Program-made: the position numbers and the translations under genes | From: Microbotryum violaceum | Taxonomy: Eukaryota | Assembly: GCA_001244265.2 (NCBI GenBank) | Contig: CDLV01000008.1 | Span: forward strand, 2,046,001-2,110,000 | Length of the DNA stretch: 64,000 nucleotides | Direction: 5' to 3' | Shown here: positions 35,410 to 48,945 of the stretch, piece after piece | Layout: every line of letters begins with the position of its first letter | Numbering within the stretch: the first letter of the stretch is position 1 | The notes under the pieces: generated by a model | Told to the model about the DNA's origin: nothing | Database searches by the model: none | The model's input: only the letters and a program-made list of their open reading frames with translations

Positions 35410-37628
35410 ATGTCCTCCTCCCCCTCTTGCAAACGTAGCAAACTCTCCCCCACGCTCCCCTTCACGCCCAAGCTCCTCTCCCCCTCCTCGATCGCCTCGC
35501 TGCGCTCCCAAGTCGAAGCTTCGCAACCTTACAAGCACGGCGTCATCCCTCAACTGTTCGAGCATGACTTTTTGGAAAAGGCGAGGAAGGAGTTGTGTGA
35601 GAGCGTGAGTTTTACGGAAAAGGAGACGGATATATGTGAGTTGGTGGAATAGAATGGGGGATGGGTTGGATGCAGCTTAGCTGATGATATCTTTGTTTCG
35701 TGTGTGCAGATCGAGTGAGTTGCCAAGTTCGGTCGTCGGGTGAATGGAGGAAGGGACACTGTGTCAAACGTGGTGTCGGATCTTGAATTCGGCACAAAGC
35801 TCGATCTGGAACATGGCATTGCATCGGCCTGGTTCGGCACCCGACCCCCAAAGTGGAGGCCCCTGAACTAACACCGTTTGAATCCCCACCCTGCAGATCT
35901 CGCAAACAGGCGATCTCACGAACCTCTCCGGACTGCCCGCCGCTGAACAAGCGCAACTTGGCACGCTCACCCAACTTCGCGACGCGTTGTACTCTTCCGA
36001 ATTCCGTTCCTTCTTACAAAAAGTCACCGGTTGTGGACCGCTCAGTGGGATCAAGACTGATATGAGTTGCGCCGAGTACGGGGAGGGGAGTTATTTGTTG
36101 AATCATGATGATGTGATTGGGACGAGGAGGATAAGTTTCATCCTGTATTTGGTCAAGAGGGAGCCGGAATGGAGGGCCGAGGTGAGTTGTGGAATCATCG
36201 GTTGGGTTCTAGACTTGAGGAAAGCGAAAAAAAGTTGACCTTTATCCTGTCCGGCTCGTAGTGGGGTGGCGCTTTGGAACTGTACCCCGTTGTACCTTCG
36301 GAAGGGGATAGACCCAACATACCCGAACCAAAACCGTCCGTTTCAATACCCGTAAGGACAGCTTCAAAGTATCGACCGCTCTCGCATCCCCGAACTGACT
36401 CTCGTTTTCCGCACAGCCCGCATTCAATCAATTCACCTTCTTCAAAGTCCAACCCGGTCACTCCTTCCACAGCGTCGAAGAAGTCGTCATTGAAGGTCAA
36501 CATGGACCTTCATCACGAGGAGGGATTGGTTCTCGTCTCAGTTTGTCCGGGTGGTTTCATAAACCCATCGAAGGGGAGGAAGGTTACGAGCAGGAATTGA
36601 AAGAGGAGCAAGTGGAAGGTGCGAAGGGGAAGAGCAGCTTGCAGCAGTTGTACAAAACGACATTGAAGGAGGCCACCGCGTACGAGGGTCACGTCGAAGG
36701 AGGTTTGTTGGAGGGGGAAGGGAAGGTCTTCCCTTCAGATGAAGATCGAAAAGTGTTAGGGGAGGTGCTCAACCCTTCTTATTTGGTCCCCAAGACGATC
36801 GCGTTCCTCCAATCTTCCTTTGCCGAACAAGGTCATCTAGCCCTATCGTCCTTCCTTTCCAAAGAACTCTCGCCACAAATTGAAACTCTTCTTCGCCAGC
36901 TGGACGCAGGGATGAATAAAGGCCGCAAAGGTGCGATCGTCGGTGGGCAGGTGGTGAATCTCACTCCAAGGCACGAGGAGGGGGTTGGAAATGGATGGGC
37001 ATTGGTCGGGCCACCTCATTTACAGAGGTTCTTGGCTTGGGGGGCTGAGCTGGACGATGACGACGAGGACGAGTTGGCCGTTTTGCTGAAGAAGGTTAAA
37101 TCGACCTTTGAGTCCACATCTTTCGCACGCCTGCTCGCGACGCTCACTGGCGTCACTCTCAAAGCCTATACATTGGATCTCCGTCGTTTCCGCCCCGGCC
37201 TCGATTACACCCTTGCCCGAGGGGTCGAAGAAGGTCACATCTTGGACGTGGGGTTGGGTTTGACGCCTGAGCCGGAAATGGGGCGGGAGAGGGAGTTGTG
37301 GGAAGAAGGGGATGTAGGGGGGTGGGAGGTATGGTTGGATGGCGGGGAGGGGGAGGAAGGGGATGAAGCTACTTATGGTGGGGGGAGAAAGAAGAAGAGC
37401 ACCGAGAAACAGGGTGAGACTGGAGCAGACAGTGAAGAAGAGGAAGATGAGGAAGAGGATGGTCCATTGTTGAGTTTGGAACCGAGTTGGAATCGGTTGT
37501 CGATCGTGTTGAGGGATCCGGGGGTGCTCAAATTCGTCAAGTACGTTTCGGCTAAAGCCCCTGGTTCGAGGTTCGATCTTAGTGGGGAGTGGGACGTTGA
37601 GGTGGCCCAAGACAAGGATGATGAGTAG
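35410..37628 (+). CDS. TPA1: Tpa1/OGFOD1 ribosomal protein uS12 prolyl hydroxylase (2OG-Fe(II) oxygenase); multi-exon with a 5-nt micro-exon
   Basis: SQPYKHGVI, FTEKETDIY-R-ISQTGDL, FRSFLQKVTGCGPLSG, YLLNHDDVIGTRRISFILYLV, WGGALELYP, FFKVQPGHSFHSVEEV, RLSLSGWFH, RRFRPGLDYTLA, WNRLSIVLRDPGVLKFVKYVS. Confidence 0.95.
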
Positions 37629-37677
37629 TTGCCCCGCGTTGTTTTTCAGTGATATACTATCAACCCAGGGATGTTCA

Positions 37678-38725
37678 CTACGATCCGAGCACATTTGTTT
37701 TCGGCTTCTTCTTCTTGCCCCCTTTTTGGAACGAGCGCCAATCGGTGACGCGGTCTTCTCTGGTCTCTGTATGGGACGATTAAAGGAGCCAACATAAGCA
37801 CTCGATCATCTCGATCCTTATGCACCTTCCTTGTCGCATGCATGTACCTTCCCACCGCTTGTCATCTTCCATCTTCCTCTTCCTCTTCTCCAACGCCTCC
37901 TCGTCCTTCTTCGCCTGGGCGCCTTCTGCAATCATCGTCATCTTGTTGACCCTCCTCCTCCTCAACTCTTGGTCGATCAAGAGCTCCTTCGTCTTGAGCC
38001 GGATGCGTTCTCTGAAATCAGGGTTGGTGAGGGAGGTGACTCGGGGGGAAGTATCGGGGGTGATGGGGGCCATCCCCTCGGCTCGGAGGACGAGCATCCG
38101 AGCGTCGAGGATGATGTTGTCGAGCGCTTCGCGGCGTTTGGGGTCGACGAGTTCAGTTTGAGCCTGTAGTAGAGAGGGAGGTTTAGGTGAGTAAGGGGGG
38201 GGGGGGCAAATAGGTTAGAATCCGCGGCGCACCTTCTTGAGCAGATCGAACGCCTCGATCGCCTTTTCATGCTTGAGCTTATCCGGATGGATCAACAGCG
38301 ATTTCTTGCGATAGGTCTTTTCTGCACAAAGCATGCTATCGACTCGATCAGAAACGAAGCGAGGAGAGAGCAGTGCAGTGCAGTGCAGTGCAGTGCAGCG
38401 CAGGGAGACTTGCGAATGTCGGACTCGGTCAGGTTTGCGGACGGCATAAAGTCGAGTTGCAATACCTCGTAAGGGTTCATACGGAACGCTTTCAGTACCC
38501 GAGCAACCTGGGTAGCAAGGGAAGAAGACAGATTGAGCCCACACGCTTTGTGGTTACCCGCAGCGCTGCACTGACCTCGGCTTCTCGGGAGACGAGCGTC
38601 GCTTCCGAGTTGAGAATCCGGTCAATCTCGGCTTCATCGAACACGAGGTCGTCTATGCTGGTCGAGGGTGTCGAAGCCGAGGTGCTTGTGCTTGGTGTTG
38701 GTGTTGGCGTTGAGGTGGAGGCCAT
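37678..38725 (-). CDS. SPF31: DnaJ-domain protein, DNAJC8/Spf31-like; multi-exon
   Basis: SREAEV, MNPYEVLQLD, YRKKSLLIHPDK...AFDLLKKA, TKELLIDQELRRRR, KRWEETREDRVTDWRSFQ...KKKKPKTNVLG. Confidence 0.9.
38371..38398. repeat. (CAGTG)n microsatellite in a DnaJ gene intron
   Basis: cagtgcagtgcagtgcagtgcagtgcag. Confidence 0.9.
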
Positions 38726-39064
38726 GATTGGCGGTGGGTGGGCGCTAAAGTGGTGCGAATCACGAGGAAGAGCGCCCAAGAGTGGGGGGAATCGGGGGCC
38801 GCAGTGCTTGCGCCTGCTTGGGTTTGTAATGGTTTGTAGTGGTTTGTAATGGTACATTTGCCCCCGTAAGCGCGTGTTGTGTCGCGTGGGCGCGTGGGCC
38901 GACGCGCAGTTCGTCGCGTGAAAAGCTGTGGGAACCGCAATCTATCCAGAAGAACCACATTCAGGTACCTGTGATAATCGCACTAATACTAAAACTGCTG
39001 CCGTGCTCCGGTCGGGTGTTGCCAGCTGCCGTCTACGTCCGTTCGTTCGCGCAGACCAGTGACG

Positions 39065-41407
39065 ATGGCCAGACCATCCCACGATCCCACCTCGCCATCT
39101 CCTCCCTCAGACTCGTTCTTCTCGAATGGCATCACCTCCTTGACGGTCGACATCCCCTCCCAGTCGAACACAACAACCTCCTCCGCTCGGTCCGCTTCTA
39201 CCACCACCGGGAACGGACCCACCTCGACTCCACGTACATCGACCCCAACTAGTCCGCCGAGATGGAATACGACCGAGTTCTACTTTTACTACGCCGGGTT
39301 CGCGTTCGTGGTGCCTTATATGGCCTATACGGTCATCAACCTCAGTCGACGTGAGCCCTGGCACCCACTTTGGGCCCCGAGCGAAACCCCACAAACACCG
39401 CTGAACCGCACCTCTGCCTTATTGGCCACTACGGGCTGCGCAGCATCCCATCCCAACTATCATACTTTTGCACACCGACTGAGCAACGGCTGGATCTTGG
39501 GTTGGAAGATTGTACGCTTTTGCACACTTACACTCTGGGCAAGCGAAAATTCTGACTCGCCCCACATCGCACATGCGCGCAGGACAACTCGGACCACCAA
39601 TGGTACAAGTTCCGCACGAACCTTCCCCTGCTGACTGGCGTCATGCTCATCTGGCTCGCACTCTCCACCACGTACAACCTCATCGCTCGTCTCGCTACGC
39701 CTTCCCCCACCGACTCTCCCTCCCCCACCCCGGCATCCGAAGCCCGTTCCCACCTTACCTCCTCGACGTCTCTGCCCCCACGAGTCCCCTTTATCATCTT
39801 TTTCGCCCTCATCCTCCTCTTTGGTCTGCACGGTATGAGTCTCCCCAAAATGTTGATCATCCTTTGGTTCAACTACCGCATCGCCAGACTCGCCACTTCG
39901 CCGACCCTGTCCAAATCGGTCCCTTGGTTAACTTGGGCCTTCAATTTGGCCATCTTGTTCTCGAACGAAGTGAATGAGGGTTATCAATGGGCGAATCTGT
40001 CACCGAGCTTGCAACAATGGGTGCGTAGATGGACGTTCGGTGGATAGGACAGTCGTGCTTCGAGAATCGCAAAGCTCATATCTAGGGTGATGATTCAGGA
40101 CCAAGCCAAATGGGCCCAGGGTATTTTGCCCCGCTGGCACATCAACTGGAACATCACCATGCTGCGCCTAATCTCATTCAACATGGACTACTATTGGGCC
40201 GCGAACGTTGCTTCGGGAGAAGCGCAGACGATCCGATCGACGGAAGAGGAGAAACTCGAACTTTTGACGCAGAAACTGTCGGCCCCGCCTTTGAACGATC
40301 GAACTCGAGTCACGAAATCGCACCCACTTTCCGATTATTCATTCATGACCTACCTCGCCTATGCTTTTTACCCTCCCTTGTACTTGGCAGGTCCGATCCT
40401 GACTTACAATTCGTTCGTTTCGCAACTCTACCATCCCCCAGCACCATCTCCAGGAAAATGCTCCTGGGGTATATAGTCAGGTTCGTCGCGTGTTTGTTGA
40501 CGATGGAGTTGGTGTTGCATTCGATGTACGTGGTGGCGATCAAGGACGAGGCGAGGAGTGGGGCTTGGTCAGGTGAGAGTCCGTTCGAGTTGAGCATGAT
40601 TGGGTTTTGGAATTTGATTGTCGTATGGTTGAAGGTGAGCGGTAGCTTATCCTGACCGGGTCAAAAGTACAGCCAATTCAGCTCACACGTCCGCGCGCGT
40701 TTCCCTTTTCTTCAGCTCTTGATCCCCTGGCGCTTCTTCCGCCTATGGGCTTTGCTGGACTCGATCGACCCTCCGGAAAATATGGTACGTTGCATGGCCA
40801 ACAATTACTCGACCCTCGGCTTCTGGCGATCATGGCACCGTTCCTACAACCTATGGTGCATCCGTTACCTCTACGTACCGATCGGAGGAGCAAAAAGGGC
40901 CTTGATTGCTACGTTGACGGTATTCACTTTCGTGGCACTTTGGCATGATTTGAGCTTGAAGTTGTTGACGTGGGGTTGGGTCATTACCGTTTTCGTTTTA
41001 CCGGAAATGGTGGGGATGAAAGTCTTGTCGGCTCAAAAAGTGAGTAGTACGGATAGCTTGGTTTAGGGGGGGAGGGGGGGGGGGGGGGGGGGGAGGGTGT
41101 TCGAAACTACCTTTTCGCTGATGATTCTAGAATCGTTTCCTTCCCCATCCAGTACGCGCACCACCGATGGTACCGACACGTCTGCGCCCTCGGTGGGGTC
41201 CTCAACGTGCACATGATGATGACGGCCAACTTGATCGGATTCGCGATCGGGACCGAAGGGATGAAGTACATGTGGTCACGGATGATTGAAAGTTGGCAAG
41301 GTGTGAGGTTCATCACCCTCGCTAGTGCGTGCTTGTTCGTGGCCGTGCAGGTGATGTTTGAGTATCGGGAGGAGGAGAAGAGGAGAGGGATCAGGAGAAG
41401 GTGTTAA
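39065..41407 (+). CDS. GUP1: Gup1-like MBOAT O-acyltransferase; multi-exon
   Basis: [147 protein letters not shown]. Confidence 0.96.
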
Positions 41408-41658
41408 GGTGGGTGGGAGGGGGAGCGTCTTATTTTTGCCGAGGAGGATTTATTCATGTAGTATCCTGGTATTACATAAAAGATGCTGTAGCGCATCGTA
41501 TGCCTCGGTACGCGGTATTACACCGCGTGCATCATTCCAAACATCGCTTGAAAAATGAGGATGCCACGTTCACAGAGTTGATCGACACCACGCCGGAGAA
41601 TCGTAACACGCGCTCGCCCTTCCGACGCCCTCCACACGTCCTTGGTCCTTGGCAAAGG

Positions 41659-44600
41659 ATGGCGCCGGCCGAATCAGACCGTTCGCGAACGGAAGCTAAA
41701 GCTGAAGCGACAGAACGATCGCAGCTCAAAGCATTGGAATGGGACGTCACCCAATTCACTTCGCTCGCCACCTCTCCGCTCGTGATCGGTGCCGCGGGAT
41801 CGAATGCGCACGACGCCGGCGGTGGGAATGCGATAACGATGACGACGATGGCGAATGGTGGAGCGTTCAAGGGTGCGAGTGGGGCAGGTGGGAAAGCGGG
41901 GAGGTTGGATCTGTTGTTGTTGAACTGGCTGAGTGGGGTTGAGAAGAGTGTGGAGGTGTTGGACAAGGTATGCTTCAGTAACTTCCCTGGGGTCGCTCGC
42001 CGTGACTGATGAATACACACACCCCTGCTCCCCCGTTCCAAAATATCAGGAAACGATCCTCCTCCAACAGCCCACCTTGACGACCAACCTGCTCTCGATA
42101 CTGGTCGCCCCGGCGCCCACGTCTTCCCAGCCCCGTCTCAAACCCGGACGACCCGCCCGAGCGCTCCTCTCCCGAATATTCTTGCTCCTCCTCGCCAAAG
42201 GGGACACCAAAGGCCTCTACGACCTCGTGCAGAGTCTGATCCAAGGCATGGTCGGCAGTGAGCTTAAGGGAGCGGGCTGGGAGAGGGAGAAGGAGAACAG
42301 GCTCGCTTGTGCTTGGGTTTTGGGGGAGGTCTTTAGGGTTTGGGGCGGTCAGGTCAGTTGGTGAATAGGTGTGTGGGGGGGGGGGGGGGGAAAGTAGTCG
42401 GTCGAGCTGATGCTCTGGTTTCTTTCGGGCGACGCGGTGTAATAGGTCATGAGCACTTTTATCGATGTGGTGACCACCGCGACGAGGATTGGCAGGACGG
42501 CTTCTTATGTGAGTACTTTCTCCACTCCGAGCGATCTTTCGCGCCCGACGAACTAAACCTCGGGCCATTCCAACACACCCAGCCCGTGATCCTACGTTGC
42601 GCCGCGCTCGTCACGCTCAGGAAAGCCATCGTCGTCGGAGCAAGGTCCATGTCCGACCCTCTCATCAAGGAGACAGTTAAAGCCTTGCGCGCCGGCTTGA
42701 GCGAAAAGATTGGTGCGATCGTCAGGGAGAGTGCGAATGTGAGTAGTGGCGCGGAGAGGATAAAGGTACGAATTAAGGCAAGAGATACTGAGGCTTGGTC
42801 CCAATTGGGGTGACAGTGCTTGATCGCCCTTCAAGCCGCTCCGGGCACGTTTACCACCTTGGCCGACATTGACGCGATCGTCCAGATTTGCTTCCGAACA
42901 CTCGAGACGGCCGACCACGTCGCCCGTAGAGCCCTATCCCGACTCGTCGCTTCGCTACTCGCGTCGACCCAAGTCGAAGGCAGCGGTGCACCTCCCATCC
43001 TGTCCGCTCCTCCACGAAGAAGAAAGAAGACCGGAGGAGCACCCGGTGCTGCAGGCGAAGATGAGGATGACGACGATGATCCTTACCCTTCTGTTGGGGT
43101 ACCAGCGGCGTCGGCGAACGCGGCCAAGACGCTCCTTTCGCCTATCGAGATGCTCGTGCAACTTTCGGCGCCTTACAACAAGCTTTCGACGTCGAGAAAG
43201 TTGAGGAACGCCATCATCGACGTTTATGGACAACTCTTGACGAGTTTGGGCGCGAGTTGGGTCGAACAGAATTATGCCGAGGTGCTGCAGCACCTCATCG
43301 ACGAGATCGGGTGCGGTGTTGCTGCTGGAACAGGCTGGAAGAGCTGGCATCCGCGTATGATTGAACGCATCGAGCCGAGCAAAGCCAAGTACGAAGCTCT
43401 TGCGGCGCGCAAATCCGTCGGGATCCTCTTGCGGGATATCATTTCCGGACGTTTGTTGTCCGAATCGGCGCAAATCTTGGCCGTGCGCGAGATTGGACAA
43501 CTCTACCTCAAGCGGTGGCCTTCGCTCTTGCCTTCGCAAGTCCCACCTTCGAAACAAGCGCTCGTGATTGCGCTCGAGGAGACGAGCGGGCTCTTGGCTG
43601 CTCTCGGGTGCGCGCCCATGGTCGTCCAAAACGCCTTGTACGATCCTTTGTTGCGCCTCGTTTCGCATCCGAGTCATTCGGTGCAGATCGCTGCTGCGTG
43701 GGCGTTGAAGACGTTCTGCGACAATGCACCGACGCGGTTGAGTGCGACGATCGTGCAGCTCGTCGAGTTGCTCAACAAGGACTTGGCTGTTATTGCGCAG
43801 AAACCGAACGAGTCCTCGGGCGCGCCGGGATCCAACAAAGAGGGAGGAACTCCGTCGCCTCGTCGGGCCGTGGGTCATGCGCATGCGCTCGCGGCGTTGA
43901 TCAACTTGATCCCCCACCAACCGCTCTACGTCTCGTTCGACATATCGGCCAAGTGCATGAGTCTCGCGATTCAACTGTTGAAGCAATCGGCGAATCACGA
44001 ACTCATCGTATCGGGCGTCGAGATTCACGTCGCTTGGATTCTCGTCTCGGCGCTCATGTCGCTCGGCCCGAACTTTGTGCGATTGCATCTGCCTCAACTT
44101 TTGATCTTGTGGAGGAACGCGTTGCCCAAACCGACGAGTAAGGATGCGAGTGCGGCCCAGGTCAGAGGGGAGAACGAGTGGGCGTTCCTATTGCACATCC
44201 GAGAGTGTACGCTCGGTGCGATCCTCAGCTTTTTGCGGCACAATGGAGGGGTGGGGCGACGCGTCTCGAATGTCAAAAATGCGAATGGAGCAGCGGGGGA
44301 AGGGTCGATCACGGCGACGGGTTTGATCAGCGATGACGTTGGACGACGGCTCGTGCTCTTGCTTTCGAACGGGCTTTCGTTCGCAAGTTCGTTCCAACTC
44401 ACGTTCGAGAAAACCCTTTTGGAACAACATAACGTGCCGGCGATATCGTCGCGCTTGTCACTGTACGATCGCGACCTCATGCTGCGCAGGAGGTTATTGC
44501 AGTGCTTCGTCGCGTTGGGCCATCATCCCGCTACCGCACCGTGGCAAGTTACTTTGTTGACGCAGATCGTGCCCCTCTTCTCGGATCCGGAACACTACAC

Positions 44601-47600
44601 CGGAGAGTCGATGCTTCAAGCCGCCGTCAACTCACCAAATTTCACGTCCGTGTGGGAAGAAACGGATGGCTTTGGGTACGGCGTGACGAGTTTGATGAAG
44701 GATGGCGAAACGCTCGTCGCTTCCCACGCGGAGGACCCCGCCGGCGTTCGAAGGACCGTCAAACTCAATCGAGATGTGGCGGAGATGAAGATTGAACAAC
44801 TCTTGAAATCGGCCGTCTTGGGTGCGGCGGAATACGATCCTTTGGTCCTGTCGTCGCGCCATCATTCCGAAGTCTCGAGTCCCAGTTTGGCCTCGTCGAC
44901 GTGGGAAGTTCCTTCGGCGCCTCCGACGGCAATCGGTTTGGTCGATGCCGGGATCGAATTGTTCGCCATCTACTTTTCGACGCAAGAGCACCATAACCAA
45001 GGGGCTTTGTTGCAGATCCTGCAGACGAATCTGAGGTCGGGGAGGTTGGAGAAGAACCCGGGGCGGAGGATGGCGATCTTGGCGAATTCCATCACGGCGA
45101 TCGTGGGGGCTTTGAGGTTGTACCGACGGGCGGTGGAACCCCAGGTTGGGACTTTGATGAGAGAGATCATCAAGGATGCGTTGTTACACCCCGATGCGCA
45201 TCTACGTGCCGCTGCGGCCGAATCGTTGGGGAGGTTGTCTTCTCTGGGGGAAACGTCGTTCATGGCGACGCAGATTCAATTCTGCGTCAACCAAGTCGTC
45301 AGCAATACAGATCCCGACAATCGTGCGGGTTGTGCACTGGCATTCGGGGAAATCTATCGCCACGTTGGGAGTCTGGCCGCTGGACCGGTACTCAAAACGA
45401 TCGTCGACGTGTTGTTGTCCCTTTCGGCCGATCCTCATCCCCTCGTTCACTTTTACGCCCTGCACGCACTTTCCCTCGTTATTGACGCGGCGTCGTTATC
45501 CTACGCACCGTTCACGAACGCGACGTTGGGGATGTTGAGCAAGTTGTACACGCAGGACACGCACGAACCCGAAGGCGGAACACCCGGAAGTGTCAATCTC
45601 AGGGGTGACTTGCCGGCCTATCAAGCGATTTGTCGGGTCATGGATGCGTTGATTGGGGTGTTGGGACCCGAGTTGCAAGACTCGGAGCGCGTCAGAGATT
45701 TGGTTCTGCTCCTGTTGAGGGAGTTCGTCAATGAGGAGGACGACGGGATCGCCGTCGAAGCGATCAAAGCGACCCAACATCTGCTCATGTTCGCTCCCGA
45801 CGCTTTGAACCGCCAACAACTCGTCGCCACTTTACGAGGGCATCTTTCGTCGTCAAGTCGTCATTTGCTCAAAGTCGCCGCTGTGAACTCGGTTTACCAA
45901 CTCGTACAAAGGGATGCAGCGAGCATGTCCAAAGTCGGTGGCGACGGAATGGTACAACAGTTGTTCGAGTTACTCGATGATGACCCCAGCATTGAAGGGG
46001 TTAGGGACGCAATCACCTCGTGGTTACGTCAGACGGCGGAGGCGAACCCTTCGGGATGGATTGACCTTTGTCAGCGCATCATGTCGCGCTCCACGGGGGC
46101 AGCTAAAGCCGTAGCGACCGCTGCGGCGGCCGCTTCATCTTCCGGAGGGGGAGGGGGAGCGGACACGACGAACGCACAAAGCTCTTTTGCGGACGAAGAG
46201 ATTCAAGGACTAGGTCTCGACGATGGAGGTCTGAAAGCCTCTAAAGCGACCTCTCGATGGCGGACTCAATTATTTGCCTTACAATGCTTGCACGAAGTCT
46301 TCGTCACTGTCGCCAAAAGTGGACGAAGGGAACATTTTGATATTGCACGAGCGAGGGTCGTCAGGGCGAACCGGAGGGGTTTGTTGATTACTAGGGTTGG
46401 GGATTTGATCAAGATGGCTTTTACGGCCTCGACGGCGCAGGTGATGCAGATTAGGTTGGAGGGATTGGTCGTTCTCAGGGATGTCATTGAGGTAAGTCCC
46501 GAACCCGGGATTGGAAACAAATGGTGGAGGTTGCTGATAGCTTTTCAATTTGACTCTTGTGACGACAGGGTTTTGGACAATCCCAAGACATCGATTTCGA
46601 GGAAGCGCTTCTCCTTGAACAGTTTCAAGCCCCCATCGCCGCGGCCTTGACTCCGGCTTTTTCAGCCGATTCGTACCCCGAAGTCCTCGCTTCAGCGATC
46701 CACGTTTGCGCCGTGTTCGTCGGTTCCGGCGTCGTCAAAGAGATCGATCGAATGGGCCGCATCCTCAAACTCCTTACGACCGCATTAGAATCCTGTCGCG
46801 AGTCCGACATGTCTTCCATCGGCGACGTCCAAGACCTCAGTTCGACCGCAGCGGTCATGCTAAAAACCTCCATCTTTGCCGCCTGGGCCCAATTCCGATC
46901 CGCCAGTGTCAAACAGGCCTATTTAGCGCAAGTGATTGGACCTCATTTGCCGTTATTGTGTCCGCTCTGGGTCGGGAGCTTGAGGGAGTATGCGAGGGTG
47001 AGGACGGATCCGGATGCGACGTCTTCGGACTCGGGAGCAGGGGGAGCGGCGTTCGATTCGGTTTATTCGGGGCTGTCGAGGGAAACGGCGCTGCCTGTGA
47101 GTTCATGTAGTCGAATGAGTGAAGTACCTTTCATAATGGGATCGTTGACGATGAACGCACGATCTGGACAGTTTTACGAGCGATCTTGGCCGCAGATGCT
47201 TCATGCTGTCGGGACCTTGCTCAAGGCGGGCAACGCGCACATGCTCCGCGCCGTCGATGGCAAAGTCCCTAAAGCCACTGACTCTGCAACCAACTCGCCA
47301 CCACCCCCGCCGCACCGCACCCAGCCTGCCGAATATTTTTGGGTCTTGTTTGGTCTCTCCTACGAAGCCCTTTGCGCAACCCCACCACCAGCAGGAACGA
47401 CATCCCCGCTCGAAGTACAAACGATCGCGCTCGAAGCTTTGGCAGGTTTGATCCGCCCTCAAGTCTCCGGGCCGGCTTTGGTGGAGAAGGGTTTGTTTGA
47501 CGAGGTGTGCAATCTGTGTTATCGATTGGCGATTACGGAGGGACCCGAGGTCAAAGTGCATGTGATGGATATTGCGGTGCAGATGGCGAGGAATTATGAA

Positions 47601-48945
47601 GGGGAGGGTGTCGAGTGAGTATGAGAGCTTTTCGGGTTTTCTCTTTCGTCTGTTTGCTGATGTAGGTCTGGTGAGAGCAGCTTGGCCGAGGACAGCAAGA
47701 TGCGACGCTGCTTGCAGATCGCGACCTGTGTGCTGCGCGAAAGCGTACCTTCGACGAGTTCGTCACCAAAATGTGAGTCGCGGGCTCGATATATATGCTC
47801 TTCTGACTTGGCACTGACTCAGTGGTCCTTTTTTTCGACTCAATCAGCCACGCTCGCATCGGCGCCGGCTCGAATCACCTTGCTTCGCTCGGCGTTCAGC
47901 TCGTTCGCCGATCTGGCAGACATCTACCCCGCCTCGACGCGCGAGGAGCTGTACGCGATCGCCTTTTACTTTTATTCCCGTGAGTGAGGGCGACGCTCTC
48001 ATTTCAGGGAAAATTCCAAAGCCGATTTGTCTGTCTCTCTCGTCTCGCAGAATTGCTGCAAGAGGAGGCCAGCGAGATCGACCTCGTGTCGCTCACGCTG
48101 CCTGTGCTCAAGGTCTTGTGCGATCGAAGTCAACGATTCCCGCCTGGTGCTCGAGGCTTCGTCGTGTTGCCCAAAGTGATCAACGGCATGCTTTCTGCGT
48201 GTTTGCAAAACATCGACTCGGTGCGCGGGCGGCGAGGCGCCGCGGCCATCCTCAAGACGAGGAACAACCTCCTCGCCGCGGTCTTGCTCCTCACCTCGTT
48301 GGGTCCGTCGATCCAGGTCGGCCAAGAGGTGGTGGAACACGCGTGCTTCATCATCACCTCAATCGCCCTCTCGCCTTCTTCTGAAGTATTGCCGACAGCT
48401 CTGCATTGCTTGACCTCGGTCCTGGCAGCTGCATCTCGTGGTTCGGGCGTGCTACGATACTGCGTCGGGCAGATCTTGCCGACGTTGATCGAGTTCGTCG
48501 CGAAAGCGTCTAGGACGGAGCTGCAAGCTGGGGATCCCGCGTTGGTTCAACTCGCTGAAGTGCTCAAGGCTTTGGTAGTCGTGCTAACGGGTGTGGCTAT
48601 TGATCGAAGTAAGTGGCCAAATAGTTCTAGGGCCTGTTATAATTTCGAAAAAGGGCTTATTCACAAGGATGCCACCTCACAGGAACCCAGTCGCTTTCGA
48701 TCCTCCTGCCGGTCCTCATCCTCCTTCTCAAACCTTCCTCTCCGAGTGCCTCGCACACCCTCGCAATCAAGCATCTCATCCAACTCGCTTCCTCAAATTC
48801 GAGCAGTTTCAAAGAAGCGACCTTCAGCCTCAGTGAAGAACAACGCACGACGTTGGAGACAAGTATCCGGGCTCAGGTCGGAGGTACAAGGAGGGTCGAG
48901 GTCAAGGAGGAGGCACCGAAAATTAGTTTGAAAATGTTTGGGTAG
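41659..48945 (+). CDS. LAA1: Laa1/HEATR5-like large HEAT-repeat AP-1 accessory protein; multi-exon
   Basis: A 1276-aa exon with PLYVSFD, LMSLGPNFVRLHLPQLLILWRNALPKP, EKNPGRRMA, AESLGRL, RAGCALAFGEIY..VG, HPLVHFYAL, WIDLCQRIM, SRWRTQLFAL and DLIKMAFTAST; C-terminus PKISLKMFG*. Confidence 0.93.

Noticed and set aside
41066-41097. Poly-G tracts (also 17569-17583 poly-C, 38194-38206, 42376-42390) as functional G-quadruplexes
   Set aside because: These are simple intronic or intergenic homopolymers of uncertain assembled length, with no further evidence.
42955-44097. 380-aa antisense ORF within LAA1, and similar shadow ORFs (10862-11908, 52122-53051, 59192-60331)
   Set aside because: These are expected by-products of GC-rich codon usage opposite real genes and show no domain features.
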